32,000 nucleotides of DNA from Psychrobacter cryohalolentis K5 (GCF_000013905.1 NC_007969.1:2190001-2222000); one strand, 5' to 3'; positions 16,773 through 25,871 are shown, counted from the stretch's first letter. The notes: a model not told the origin generated them from the sequence alone. Numbers and translations are program-made.

Positions 16773-17969
16773 TTATACCACAACCGGCTTGCTGCTTTTT
16801 TTAGTCAATATATAGTGAGCAATCATACCGATACAGATGCCCCAAAACACTGAACTTAATCCCAAAAACTGCATGCCAGATGCCGTGGCTAAAAAAGTAA
16901 TCAGTGCCGATTCTCTTTGACTATCATCTTTCATGGCAACAGTAATATTGGCTGAGATAGCACCTATTAGCGCCAGACCAGCTAGAGCGGCGATCAGCTC
17001 TTGAGGTAATAAGCTAAATACCAGCACAATGCTACTAGCAAACAATCCCCCCAATAAGTAAAAAATACCATTAGCGACACCGGCGATATAACGCTTTTCT
17101 TTGAGCTCGTGCGCATCTTTTCCCGTACATAAGGCGGCGGTAATTGCTGCTAACGTAATAGTGATACCTCCTACGCAAGCAACCGCTAGTGAGGCAATGC
17201 TAGTGGCCATGACAATAGGTTTCGCCGGCGTGTCATAACCACTTAAATTCAAGATAGCCATGCCAGGTAAAAACTGTCCGCTTAAGCTCACGAGAATAAG
17301 AGGGACTGCAAGGTTAAACGTTGAATGCCAGGACCATTCTGGCCAGATGAGGACGGGCATGGTCATCGTGAAATTGATATCGACAGGGTTCATCTTGCCA
17401 AGTAGCAAACTTAAGGTGACGCCACATAATAATACCCAAATCATTGTATAGCGCGGTGACAAGCGTTTGGCCAATAAATAACATCCCAACATACTAAAAA
17501 TGATAAATGGCATGGTGTCAGTGGCGACAAATAACCCTAAGCCAAATTGAAATAGGATACCTGCCATCATACCGGCGGCGATACTGTTAGGAATCCACTG
17601 TAAAACCTTATCAAAATAGCCAGTCGCACCGACCATAAAAATGACAATGGCTGAGATAATGTAAGCCGCAACGGCCTCATTAATACTCATCTGTGGAAAT
17701 AATGTCACGAGCAGCACGGTTCCTGGAGCAGACCAAGCAGTCACTATCGGCGCTTTATATTTGATAGAAAGATAAATACCAGGTATCGCAGTGCCTATCG
17801 ATATACCCCAAATCCAAGACGCCATCATGGCCTCTGACACTTGTGCTGCTTGTGCCGCTTGAAAGAAAATAACCAGTGGCCCGGCATAAGCAATGAGTAC
17901 CGCTAAAAAGCCAGCAACAGACGCTGAAAGTGACCAGTCTTGTTTTAAATCTTGTATTACAGTTACCAT
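16773..17969 (-). CDS. benE: BenE-family benzoate/H+ symporter-like transporter
   Basis: 398 aa, about 12 TM segments. The N-terminal region ...SASVAGFLAVLIAYAGPLVIFFQAA... and the overall layout match the BenE/YdcO family. Confidence 0.8.
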   Translation of the reverse strand: MVTVIQDLKQDWSLSASVAGFLAVLIAYAGPLVIFFQAAQAAQVSEAMMASWIWGISIGTAIPGIYLSIKYKAPIVTAWSAPGTVLLVTLFPQMSINEAVAAYIISAIVIFMVGATGYFDKVLQWIPNSIAAGMMAGILFQFGLGLFVATDTMPFIIFSMLGCYLLAKRLSPRYTMIWVLLCGVTLSLLLGKMNPVDINFTMTMPVLIWPEWSWHSTFNLAVPLILVSLSGQFLPGMAILNLSGYDTPAKPIVMATSIASLAVACVGGITITLAAITAALCTGKDAHELKEKRYIAGVANGIFYLLGGLFASSIVLVFSLLPQELIAALAGLALIGAISANITVAMKDDSQRESALITFLATASGMQFLGLSSVFWGICIGMIAHYILTKKSSKPVVV

Positions 17970-18075
17970 CTTACATTCCTAAAAACTCTATGATTTTATC
18001 AATTGATCACCTTTACAATAAATATGACCTTTTATACGAGTCATTACTATTCGATAAAACTTTATCTATAGAAAC

Positions 18076-18113
18076 TAAGAAACTCTTAATTTTTTAAAAT
18101 TAAGAGTTTCTTA
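18076..18113. terminator. Near-perfect 17-bp palindrome after the yhdH/acuI-like gene
   Basis: TAAGAAACTCTTAATTT...AAATTAAGAGTTTCTTA. The A/T runs at its centre and flanks allow it to work in either direction. Confidence 0.6.
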
Positions 18114-18147
18114 CTACATATCATATCGACAAGAAAATAGATGTCCT

Positions 18148-19134
18148 TTATATTTTTACCACATACCTGCCCACTGATTTTCCCTCTAACATCGATGCGT
18201 AGGTGTCTTTGATATCTTCTAGGCCAATCTCGTTAGTGATACTATCTAAAGTAGCTATTTTAAACTCACCAGCCAGTTTGTCCCATGCCGCTTGTTTCTT
18301 CTCAAGTTTACATTCAACCGAGTCGATACCTATGAGTCTGACGCCCCTTAAAATAAATGGGAATACATTGGTATTGAGTTCATGTGACGCTGTTAACCCA
18401 CAACAAGTAGCAACCCCATCGTATTTTATATATTTTAGGGCATTGGCTAGAATATCACCGCCAACCGTATCGACAACCCCTGCATATCTTTCAGCCATAA
18501 TGGGTTTTTTAGCATCCTCATTGAAAGTATCTCTAAGGATGACTTCTGACGCGCCAATTTGTTTGAGATAATCAATTTGTTCCTCTTTTCCTGATACGGC
18601 AACGACAGTAAAGCCAATTTTATTTAGGATAGAAACCGCTAAAGAACCCACGCCACCAGTAGCACCAGTGACTAAAACCTCACCATCTTCTGGCTTGACA
18701 CCGTTATCTAATAATTCATTAACACTCAAAGCTGCCGTTAATCCTGCAGTACCGAAAGTCATGATTTCTTTATCAGTTATTGTGTCAGGAATAAGAGCAA
18801 CCCATGACGCTGGCACTTTGACAAACTCTGCATGACCGCCATCAGTATTCATCCCTAAGTCATAGCCAGTCACCAATACTTTTTCTCCGACTGCAAAGGC
18901 ATCAGATGTCGTTTGGTGTACCACTCCGGCTACATCGATACCGGTGATATGCGGGAACTTTCTAGTCACACCCGGATTGCCGACAGAGCTTAAAGCATCC
19001 TTATAATTTAATGATGAATAAGTTGTCTTTATGACCACTTCATCTTTATCACATTCTGGTACAGGAACTTCTTGTATTGCGCAAGAAAACGCTCTGTCCG
19101 CTACTTTCTCTACTACAAAGGCTTTCATATTCAT
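18148..19134 (-). CDS. acuI: YhdH/AcuI-family NADPH-dependent quinone oxidoreductase / acrylyl-CoA reductase
   Basis: 328 aa, MDR superfamily. SSLNYKDAL, FPHITGIDVAGVV, VTGATGGVGSLAV and FILRGVRLIGIDS align along the whole length with my recollection of E. coli YhdH. Confidence 0.85.
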   Translation of the reverse strand: MNMKAFVVEKVADRAFSCAIQEVPVPECDKDEVVIKTTYSSLNYKDALSSVGNPGVTRKFPHITGIDVAGVVHQTTSDAFAVGEKVLVTGYDLGMNTDGGHAEFVKVPASWVALIPDTITDKEIMTFGTAGLTAALSVNELLDNGVKPEDGEVLVTGATGGVGSLAVSILNKIGFTVVAVSGKEEQIDYLKQIGASEVILRDTFNEDAKKPIMAERYAGVVDTVGGDILANALKYIKYDGVATCCGLTASHELNTNVFPFILRGVRLIGIDSVECKLEKKQAAWDKLAGEFKIATLDSITNEIGLEDIKDTYASMLEGKSVGRYVVKI

Positions 19135-19343
19135 TCCTTATATATTCTTAGGACTACAAAACCTCAATATTTGTAACGAGAGGATTGTTCGCCTTTAATC
19201 ACTTAAATTAGAAGTTAGCATTTCACCAATATATTTTTTATGCCACATTAATTTTCATATATCGATAGATAAATTATCGTTATGTAAAATAACATAATTG
19301 ATTTATCATAACAAGATGTAAACGCTCAAGCCTTCTCGTTATA

Positions 19344-20162
19344 ATGGACGTAGCTATGCGGCGTTGTGTCGCTAAGGATATGAATCAAACCATGAATAAT
19401 GCGAAAAAAAAAGGCTCAAGCGTTGAGCGTGTGTTGCAGATAGTTGAAATGTTAGCCAAGTCTCAAAGACCTATGAGCGTCAGCGACTTAGCAGAAGCGT
19501 TAGACATACCGATACCAAGTATGTATCGATTGCTAGAACAATTACAGAATCTCGGATTCGTCCAATTAGATCTGCCTGGAAAAGTAACATGCGGAAAACG
19601 AACTTATCAGCTAGCCATAGATTTATGGCAAAACAATCATTTCAAAACTGAAAGGCTGGCAATCTTGCAACGGCTTTCGGCAAAAATAGGCGAAACGGTA
19701 GGTATTGCGATTATGCAAGATTTAGATGTGGTTTACGTCGATCGCGTATTGTCTGATTGGCCCCTGCAAATATACTTACCTGCGGGTTCTCATATTCCAG
19801 TTTGGGCAAGTGCCAGTGGTAAATTGCTTCTAGCACAACTACCTACAGATAAGTGCGAACGTATTATTGATAAAATGTCGATACATGCCTTGACCACCAA
19901 TACACAGATCGATAAAAATCAGCTACTGCAGACAATCGCTAAAACGCGTGATACTCAGATAGGGATAGATAACGAAGAGTTTATTCCAGGCATGGTCGCC
20001 TGTGCGGTACTCATTCCAAATGGTGAGCAGCAAGCATTTGCCACCGTATTTACTCATGGTCCCACTGTCAAAAAGTCTTTAGAAACGTTATTAAGCCATG
20101 TACCTCTTTTACAGGAAGCTGCAAATGAGCTGTCTGTTGTTTTTAATCAAGACTCTCTATAG
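19344..20162 (+). CDS. IclR-family transcriptional regulator
   Basis: N-terminal wHTH (VERVLQIVEMLAKSQRPMSVSDLAEALDIPIPSMYRLLEQL) plus a C-terminal IclR effector domain. The start is ambiguous (ATGs at 19344, 19380, 19392). Confidence 0.85.
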   Translation: MDVAMRRCVAKDMNQTMNNAKKKGSSVERVLQIVEMLAKSQRPMSVSDLAEALDIPIPSMYRLLEQLQNLGFVQLDLPGKVTCGKRTYQLAIDLWQNNHFKTERLAILQRLSAKIGETVGIAIMQDLDVVYVDRVLSDWPLQIYLPAGSHIPVWASASGKLLLAQLPTDKCERIIDKMSIHALTTNTQIDKNQLLQTIAKTRDTQIGIDNEEFIPGMVACAVLIPNGEQQAFATVFTHGPTVKKSLETLLSHVPLLQEAANELSVVFNQDSL

Positions 20163-20467
20163 TCATTTGTCCAATTAGGTCACTAGCAAAACACCATAGC
20201 CGTTTTTTTCTTCTTGATTAACAGGGTATAGATCATAAGTAATATAGTTCAAGCAGAACACAAGTTACTTAATAATTGACAACACGGTTGTTTTTTGCCA
20301 AGATATTTATGAACAATGATTTGGAGGCGATCATTAAATAGCCGTGATTTTAAATCAACTACTATTCATACCTTTCCGGTTTGTGTGTTAGTAGCTCCTA
20401 CATCCGGGTTTAAGCGATTAAGATTTTTCTTAATCTTTCCTAAACCTGATGACTAATAGGAGTCACT

Positions 20468-21820
20468 ATGCAGGTTAAATCTCAAAGAACTTGGATCAAA
20501 AACCCCCTCGACTGTTTAGACCCCGCTTATGCTGGCGGTATCGTTATTCAAAATGATCTTATTGTCGAATTAATAAGGGCTGGTGAACAACCCTTACAAG
20601 CGGTTGATGAGGTAGTTGATGCCCATGAACACGTTCTTGTACCCGGCTTAATCAATAGCCACCATCACTTTTATCAGACATTGACCCGTGCTTTTCCTGC
20701 CGCGTTAAACAAAAATCTCTTCCCTTGGCTGCAAAGTCTTTATCCCGTTTGGGCCAGACTAACCCCTGAAATGATAGCAACATCTACCCAAATCGCGCTT
20801 TGCGAATTACTACTCTCTGGTTGTACTACCGCCAGTGATCATCATTATTTATTTCCTGATGGCTTAGAGCATGCTATTGATATTCAAGTAGAGCAGGCAA
20901 CCAAACTGGGTATCCGCGTGCACCTTACCCGTGGCTCAATGAGCTTAGGTGAAGATCAGGGCGGCCTGCCTCCTCGAACCACCATTCAAACCGATCACGA
21001 AATCCTAGATGATAGCCAGCGATTGATTAAAGCCTATCACCAATATGAAGATGGCGCGATGACCCGCATAGCACTAGCCCCCTGCTCCCCATTTTCTGTT
21101 AGTGAAGAACTGATGCGAGCAACAGCTGATTTAGCCCAAGATCTTGATGTTAGATTACATACCCATTTGGCCGAAACCCATGATGAAACAGACTTTTGTA
21201 TAAAAATGTTTGGCGTGCGTCCTGTTGATTACCTTGAGCGCGTTGTTTGGTTAAATAATCGTACGTGGCTCGCGCACGGTATTCACTTTAATGATGAAGA
21301 AATAGCACGATTAGGTAAAGCGCATGTGGGTATTGCCCACTGCCCTTCGTCAAATATGATATTAGCATCAGGACAATGCCCTACTATTGCCCTGCAAAAG
21401 GCGGGTTGCCCTGTCGGTCTTGGTGTTGATGGCTCTGCATCAAATGACGGCTCGAACATGATTGGTGAAGTCCGCCAAGCGTTATTGTTACAACGTCTGC
21501 GTTATGGTGCTAAAGAAATAACCCACCAAAAGGCGTTTGAGTGGGCAACTAAAGGCTCAGCAGGGTGTTTAGGTCGTGATGATATTGGGGAGATAGCGAT
21601 AGGAAAACAAGCTGATATCGCGCTATTTAAACTTGATGAAATACGCTTCGCGGGCGCAGGCTCTCCTGTTGCATCACTATTACTTTGTGGTGCAACCAAA
21701 GCCGATAAGGTAATGGTTGCCGGTAAATGGCGTGTATTAGAGGGTCAAATAGTCGGTGTCGATATGAATCAATTGATGGCGAAACAAATTACGCTAGCAG
21801 CGAATTTAGCCCGTGCTTAA
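20468..21820 (+). CDS. Amidohydrolase, 8-oxoguanine deaminase-like
   Basis: 450 aa. TWIKNPL...PGLINSHHHFYQTLTRA...LFPWLQSLYPVWARLTPE...LSGCTTASDHHYLFP matches the 8-oxoguanine deaminase / atrazine-hydrolase-like subgroup as I remember it. GGAG RBS. Confidence 0.8.
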   Translation: MQVKSQRTWIKNPLDCLDPAYAGGIVIQNDLIVELIRAGEQPLQAVDEVVDAHEHVLVPGLINSHHHFYQTLTRAFPAALNKNLFPWLQSLYPVWARLTPEMIATSTQIALCELLLSGCTTASDHHYLFPDGLEHAIDIQVEQATKLGIRVHLTRGSMSLGEDQGGLPPRTTIQTDHEILDDSQRLIKAYHQYEDGAMTRIALAPCSPFSVSEELMRATADLAQDLDVRLHTHLAETHDETDFCIKMFGVRPVDYLERVVWLNNRTWLAHGIHFNDEEIARLGKAHVGIAHCPSSNMILASGQCPTIALQKAGCPVGLGVDGSASNDGSNMIGEVRQALLLQRLRYGAKEITHQKAFEWATKGSAGCLGRDDIGEIAIGKQADIALFKLDEIRFAGAGSPVASLLLCGATKADKVMVAGKWRVLEGQIVGVDMNQLMAKQITLAANLARA

Positions 21821-21901
21821 AAATATGTGAATATAAACTAGATTGATGGAAATAATAGTGGCTCCCTAATTATGATTCAAACATTCTGGTATGCGGTATA
21901 G

Positions 21902-21948
21902 ATAGTAATATTAGATTCACTAAAATACAGAGAATCTGATATTACTAT
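21902..21948. repeat. 17-bp inverted repeat hairpin abutting MITE copy B
   Basis: ATAGTAATATTAGATTC - 13 nt - GAATCTGATATTACTAT, 16 of 17 positions pair. Its right arm runs into the left end of copy B. Confidence 0.5.
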
Positions 21949-22091
21949 AGTCAATCCACTATAAATCAAACAAAATGCTACTGGGATAAGTTTTGCGCCG
22001 CCTCTGTCTACGCAGGCACAGTAAGCAAGAAAAATTTATCCCAGTAGCGCGTTATAATATTTGTACTTATTTTATTTAGGACTGACTATAG
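21945..22091 (+). mobile_element. MITE-like palindromic element, copy B (147 bp)
   Basis: Terminal inverted repeats CTATAGTCAATCC / GGACTGACTATAG (12 of 13 complementary). Internal stem at 21978-21989 / 22036-22047. Confidence 0.7.
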
Positions 22092-22300
22092 AAGTATTTC
22101 AAGCCCTTGACTTAAGACAATCAAATTTTAGTGCTTTTCTAATGAAGTCATCTTTTATTGGCGTAATAATTTTAGATAACGTACAAGATATTTTTTGACG
22201 CCAAACCAGAGAATGTTATCTATAACAAACACGTTCACAATTTTATATAGAAGATTCTTTAAGAATACTTTATATTTTATTAAAAATCACACATGGAAAA

Positions 22301-22325
22301 GTGGCTAGCGATAGCCACTTTTTTT
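22301..22325 (+). terminator. Rho-independent terminator 55 nt upstream of the TerC/DUF475-like gene
   Basis: GTGGCTA-GCGA-TAGCCAC followed by T7. The preceding GAAAA could extend the stem. Confidence 0.7.
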
Positions 22326-22379
22326 ATGCTGCGTCTATAATAGACAACCTTAGCTTTACGCAACCAGACAGGATGTGTC

Positions 22380-23447
22380 ATGAGACATTTTTATTTAGAC
22401 TTCATCTTCACAGCTATCGCATTGATGGTAGCTGCATGGTGGGGATATTCACATGGCGGTATGGGCGGTTTGATAACCACCCTTTCTATTACTGCTATTT
22501 TGGCCGTCATGGAGATTTCATTATCCTTTGATAATGCGGTGGTCAACGCCTCAGTCCTTAAAGGCTGGGACGAGTTTTGGAAAAAGATATTTTTAACCGT
22601 TGGTATTTTAATTGCTGTATTCGGTATGCGCTTGGTATTCCCAATTGTCATCGTTGCGGTTACCGCAGACCTTGGCATGATGCAAGTGATAGATTTGGCA
22701 TTGAACGATCCTAAAGAATACTCAGCAAGACTGATGGCGCATCATGCTGAAATCTCAGCCTTTGGTGGTATCTTCTTGTTACTCGTCTTCTTAAACTTTA
22801 TCTTTGATGATAAAGAAGTGCATTGGTTTAACTGGCTTGAGAGCCGCTTAGCAAAGCTTGGCAAAGTCGATGCCATGAGCGTCTTCGTTGCGCTTATTGT
22901 CCTGATGTTCGCTGTATCTTGGGCCAGTGCGGAGCAAGCTTCTGCCGTACTGATTGCGGGTGTTTGGGGTATCTTGGTCTATCTTGGTGTCCAAGTTATC
23001 TCTGGTATGCTCGAGGGTGACCTTGAAGAAGACTTAGAAAATGAAGAAAAGGGTTCAGGTGCCGCAGCGACCAGCGCGATTATGAAGGGCGGTATTATCG
23101 GTTTCTTATACTTAGAAGTTCTTGATGCTTCATTCAGTTTCGATGGTGTGATTGGCGCCTTTGCAATCACCAATGACGTTATTGTAATTATGTTAGGTCT
23201 TGCGATTGGTGCGATGTTTGTGCGTTCGATGACTATTTTCTTGGTAGACAAAGGCACACTTGATGAGTTCATTTATCTAGAACATGGTGCGCATTATGCC
23301 ATTGGTGCTTTGGCAATTATTATGCTGCTATCAGTGAAATTCCATGTACCAGAGATTATTACGGGTTTGATTGGTATTGCCTTTATTGGTTGGGCATTGC
23401 TTGCTTCACTTAAACATCGCAAGCAACAAGCGAAGGCGATTACTTAG
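22380..23447 (+). CDS. TerC/DUF475-like integral membrane protein
   Basis: 355 aa polytopic protein. Paired motifs EISLSFDNAVVNA and EVLDASFSFDGVIGA are separated by an acidic loop (EGDLEEDLENEEKG). Confidence 0.8.
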   Translation: MRHFYLDFIFTAIALMVAAWWGYSHGGMGGLITTLSITAILAVMEISLSFDNAVVNASVLKGWDEFWKKIFLTVGILIAVFGMRLVFPIVIVAVTADLGMMQVIDLALNDPKEYSARLMAHHAEISAFGGIFLLLVFLNFIFDDKEVHWFNWLESRLAKLGKVDAMSVFVALIVLMFAVSWASAEQASAVLIAGVWGILVYLGVQVISGMLEGDLEEDLENEEKGSGAAATSAIMKGGIIGFLYLEVLDASFSFDGVIGAFAITNDVIVIMLGLAIGAMFVRSMTIFLVDKGTLDEFIYLEHGAHYAIGALAIIMLLSVKFHVPEIITGLIGIAFIGWALLASLKHRKQQAKAIT

Positions 23448-23633
23448 TGTTGATTTTGTCTTACGTTTAAACGCTACGTTCAAATTAAGAAAAAGCGCTT
23501 TGGTAAAAAATCGTAGTCATGACAGGTTATATCAAGCGATTGGTATGACCTGTCTTCTGTCACGGATCACTTTCTATTGCCTAAGATAAGCATCTTATTT
23601 TATAACGCATATTCCCAAAAACAAGAGATATAC

Positions 23634-24158
23634 ATGATAAAGAAAGCTGAACAAACATTAGAGAAAACCATATTTAATAGTCGTTGGCTACTAGCCCCAT
23701 TTTATTTGGGGCTAGTGATCGGTATTATTTTACTATTTATCAAGTTTTTCCAAGAACTATGGCACATGATTACCCATGTGTTTACTGCTTCTGAAGCCGA
23801 TGTCATCGTCGGTACGTTGGCTCTTATTGACATGTCATTGGTCGCAAGCTTATTACTCATCATCATATTTAGTGGCTATGAGATCTTTGTCTCAAAAATT
23901 GATACAGGTGATCATGAAGATCGTCCTGAATGGATGGGAAAAATCGATTTCTCTGGTCTGAAACTTAAAGTAATCGGTGCCATCGTTGCCATTTCTGCCA
24001 TTGATCTTCTCAAATCATTTATGGATATACCCAAAGAGATGAGCGATGCTGATGCTGATGTATTGATGTGGAAAGTGATTATCCATATGACGTTTGTATT
24101 ATCTGGCTTGTTGTTTGCTTTGATGGATAAGATTGTCGGCGATACCAAAAAGCACTAA
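23634..24158 (+). CDS. yqhA: UPF0114 (YqhA-family) membrane protein
   Basis: Start re-set to MIKKAEQTLEKTIFNSRWLLAPFYLGL, the characteristic YqhA N-terminus. 174 aa. Confidence 0.8.
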   Translation: MIKKAEQTLEKTIFNSRWLLAPFYLGLVIGIILLFIKFFQELWHMITHVFTASEADVIVGTLALIDMSLVASLLLIIIFSGYEIFVSKIDTGDHEDRPEWMGKIDFSGLKLKVIGAIVAISAIDLLKSFMDIPKEMSDADADVLMWKVIIHMTFVLSGLLFALMDKIVGDTKKH

Positions 24159-24192
24159 AAAATCTTTCAGTACAAAGTGTAGTGACTAATAT

Positions 24193-24336
24193 ATGGCACA
24201 GTTTTCAGAAAATCCACCCGTACAAGCAATGAGTCTTGCTGTACTGGGTATGCCTGTCGGTAGCCCCAGTATAGAGTATCAAGATAAGTTTGAACCGTAT
24301 CAGATTATGCAGCGTAATAAGGATAGCATCACCTAA
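24193..24336 (+). pseudogene. Remnant of a DUF411 (copper-associated periplasmic protein) gene, C-terminal 47 codons
   Basis: MAQFSENPPVQAMSLAVLGMPVGSPSIEYQDKFEPYQIMQRNKDSIT contains the GMPxGSP(G/S)xE ... Y motif of DUF411 C-termini. An in-frame TAA lies 2 codons upstream of the ATG. No signal peptide or N-terminal domain. Confidence 0.45.
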
Positions 24337-24424
24337 GCCTACGCAGATATCGACTCGGTTCAGCAGAAATTATAGTCGGGTAAATATTTTTCCTATTGTC
24401 TGAATCTAATCGCTATAAACCAAG

Positions 24425-24462
24425 AGTATCCATTCAATTAATTGGTGAATTGAATGGATACT
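24425..24462. terminator. 15-bp perfect inverted repeat downstream of the small secreted-protein gene
   Basis: AGTATCCATTCAATT - 8 nt - AATTGAATGGATACT. No strong U-tract. Confidence 0.45.
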
Positions 24463-24519
24463 GATCAGAGGTCTTACTCTTTTTATATATAGACTTCATA
24501 GCTGTGAATGCCATAATCT

Positions 24520-24867
24520 TCAACTGGTAATTTTACGAACCAATAAAGTAAGTTTGTCTTTACCATTATCAACTGTAGCTTCCTTATCATAGGCGACGGT
24601 CGTTTCATGTTCCGCAACATCATCACCAACTTTAAGAGCCGTAACGACTTTAGCAGTATGCTCATTATAGGGCTTTACTGTCAGGTTATACTGAAACTCA
24701 GTGTCAACAGCGATCGATGCCATCTCTTCAGCATTTACAAGCATCACAGGTGAAGCAATTAACTCACCATCTTTAAATACAGAGGTAGAAACTTTATAAG
24801 CATCAGCTGCAAAGCATGATCCTGACGCCAACACGGTAGCTACTAACAAACCTAATTTTACTTGCAT
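24520..24867 (-). CDS. Small secreted protein of unknown function
   Basis: Start re-set to MQVKLGLLVATVLASGSCFA-AD (signal peptide, AGGAAATTAAG RBS). 115 aa. The longer track ORF would run into MITE copy C. Confidence 0.65.
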   Translation of the reverse strand: MQVKLGLLVATVLASGSCFAADAYKVSTSVFKDGELIASPVMLVNAEEMASIAVDTEFQYNLTVKPYNEHTAKVVTALKVGDDVAEHETTVAYDKEATVDNGKDKLTLLVRKITS

Positions 24868-24893
24868 CTTAATTTCCTTATTTATAATCAATG

Positions 24894-25039
24894 TATAGTC
24901 AATTCCAAATAAAACAGATACGTTATGTTCCAACGCAGTACTGGTATAAATTTTTCTGGCGTGCTGTGACTACGCTGACAGAGGCTGCGTAAAATTCATC
25001 CCAGTCCTACTGTATCGCTTTAATACTGAACTCACTATA
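24894..25039 (-). mobile_element. MITE-like palindromic element, copy C (146 bp, inverted relative to A and B, more diverged)
   Basis: Ends TATAGTCAATTCC ... TGAACTCACTATA. It aligns over its full length with the reverse complement of copy B, including CAGAGGC, the ACTGG/CCAGT stem arms and AAATAAAA. Confidence 0.6.
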
Positions 25040-25219
25040 ACTATTCGACAATATTTATAGCCCACTAAAAGTCTGATATTTCATGCATTCTATAACGGAA
25101 GCGCTATATCTTGAAAGTGGGACATTACTTATGTAGCGCAGTCGCTGTCTCTTTTAGCTAAGCAACTGCTTCACTTAGTTAGTTTCTATAGGTTTGATAT
25201 ACATCTGCAGGTATTCACG

Positions 25220-25265
25220 AAAAAAACAGTCAGCCTTCAAGTTTGTGAAGTTAGGCAAACTTGAA
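25220..25265 (-). terminator. Terminator of the MerR-family gene
   Basis: TTCAAGTTT / AAACTTGAA, 9-bp stem starting right after the stop codon. A T7 run follows 9 nt later on the minus strand. Confidence 0.5.
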
Positions 25266-25721
25266 TTAATACGGCGTATCATTTGGCAGCAGCTCCGCTA
25301 TTCGTTTTTGCCATTCATCTTTAGAAAGAAGCGTATTATTATTTGATTTCATTTCTTCTAATACCCTATAACGAGTAGTAAGCTGATTAATGACATTGGT
25401 AAGAGCCGCTTGTTCGCTTTTCGCTTGAGCAAGCTTTTCAGAAACGGCAAGCATTCGTTTATCGATACTGAAATTGCCATCGTAATAATCATTAAGACCA
25501 TTCTTAATTTCATTAAGACTAAAACCGACAGCTTTTATGTTTTTAATTATTTCGATACGCTCAATACATTCTGGATGAAACTCTGTATATAATCGTGACC
25601 CTGCCTGACGCTTACGAGATCTCAGCAATCCCAATTCATCGTAATGGCGAATAGTATCTTTAGTCGTATTGGCTTGTTTTGCCAATGCCCCTATCAATAA
25701 AAAGGCTGGATCAGATTTCAT
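25266..25721 (-). CDS. MerR-family transcriptional regulator
   Basis: N-terminal HTH LIGALAKQANTTKDTIRHYDELGLL plus a coiled-coil dimerisation helix. No Cys/His metal-binding loop is obvious. Confidence 0.85.
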   Translation of the reverse strand: MKSDPAFLLIGALAKQANTTKDTIRHYDELGLLRSRKRQAGSRLYTEFHPECIERIEIIKNIKAVGFSLNEIKNGLNDYYDGNFSIDKRMLAVSEKLAQAKSEQAALTNVINQLTTRYRVLEEMKSNNNTLLSKDEWQKRIAELLPNDTPY

Positions 25722-25737
25722 GTAATAATCTCGAAAA

Positions 25738-25769
25738 GGTACGTTTGTCTTATTTCAGACAAGTATACC
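25738..25769 (-). terminator. Hairpin plus TTTT after the AT-rich orphan gene, 16 nt upstream of the merR ATG
   Basis: GGTACGTTTGTCT-TATTTC-AGACAAGTATACC (10 of 13 pair, inner 6 perfect), followed on the minus strand by TTTTCGAG. It could alternatively be a dyad operator. Confidence 0.45.
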
Positions 25770-25871
25770 TCAATGAAACCAGTGTAAACCGACTTCTTCT
25801 ATCTAGAGTCATTTGCCATAACATTTCTCATGGAAAGAAGTGCGGTTCACGAGCCATGTCATGGTATTCCT

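Noticed and set aside
20283-20467. Possible purine or other riboswitch, or a leader peptide (MNNDLEAIIK), in the roughly 185-nt 5' region of the 8-oxoguanine-deaminase-like gene
   Set aside because: No purine-riboswitch core (three-way junction with conserved loops) or other motif that I recognise. The hairpins are only 4-6 bp, and the mini-ORF has no SD.
22092-22379. yybP-ykoY (Mn2+) riboswitch expected upstream of a TerC-superfamily gene
   Set aside because: I searched by eye for the conserved GGGGAGUAG and GACAUA...AGACC blocks on the plus strand and found neither. Only the terminator is there. It is kept as a finding about an unexplained leader, not called as a riboswitch.
22301-22531. 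76-aa ORF overlapping the terminator and the start of the DUF475-like gene
   Set aside because: Its first codons are the terminator stem itself, and it overlaps the well-supported membrane-protein frame. Likewise 22391-22678 and 22979-23272 (minus strand) are antisense shadows of that gene.
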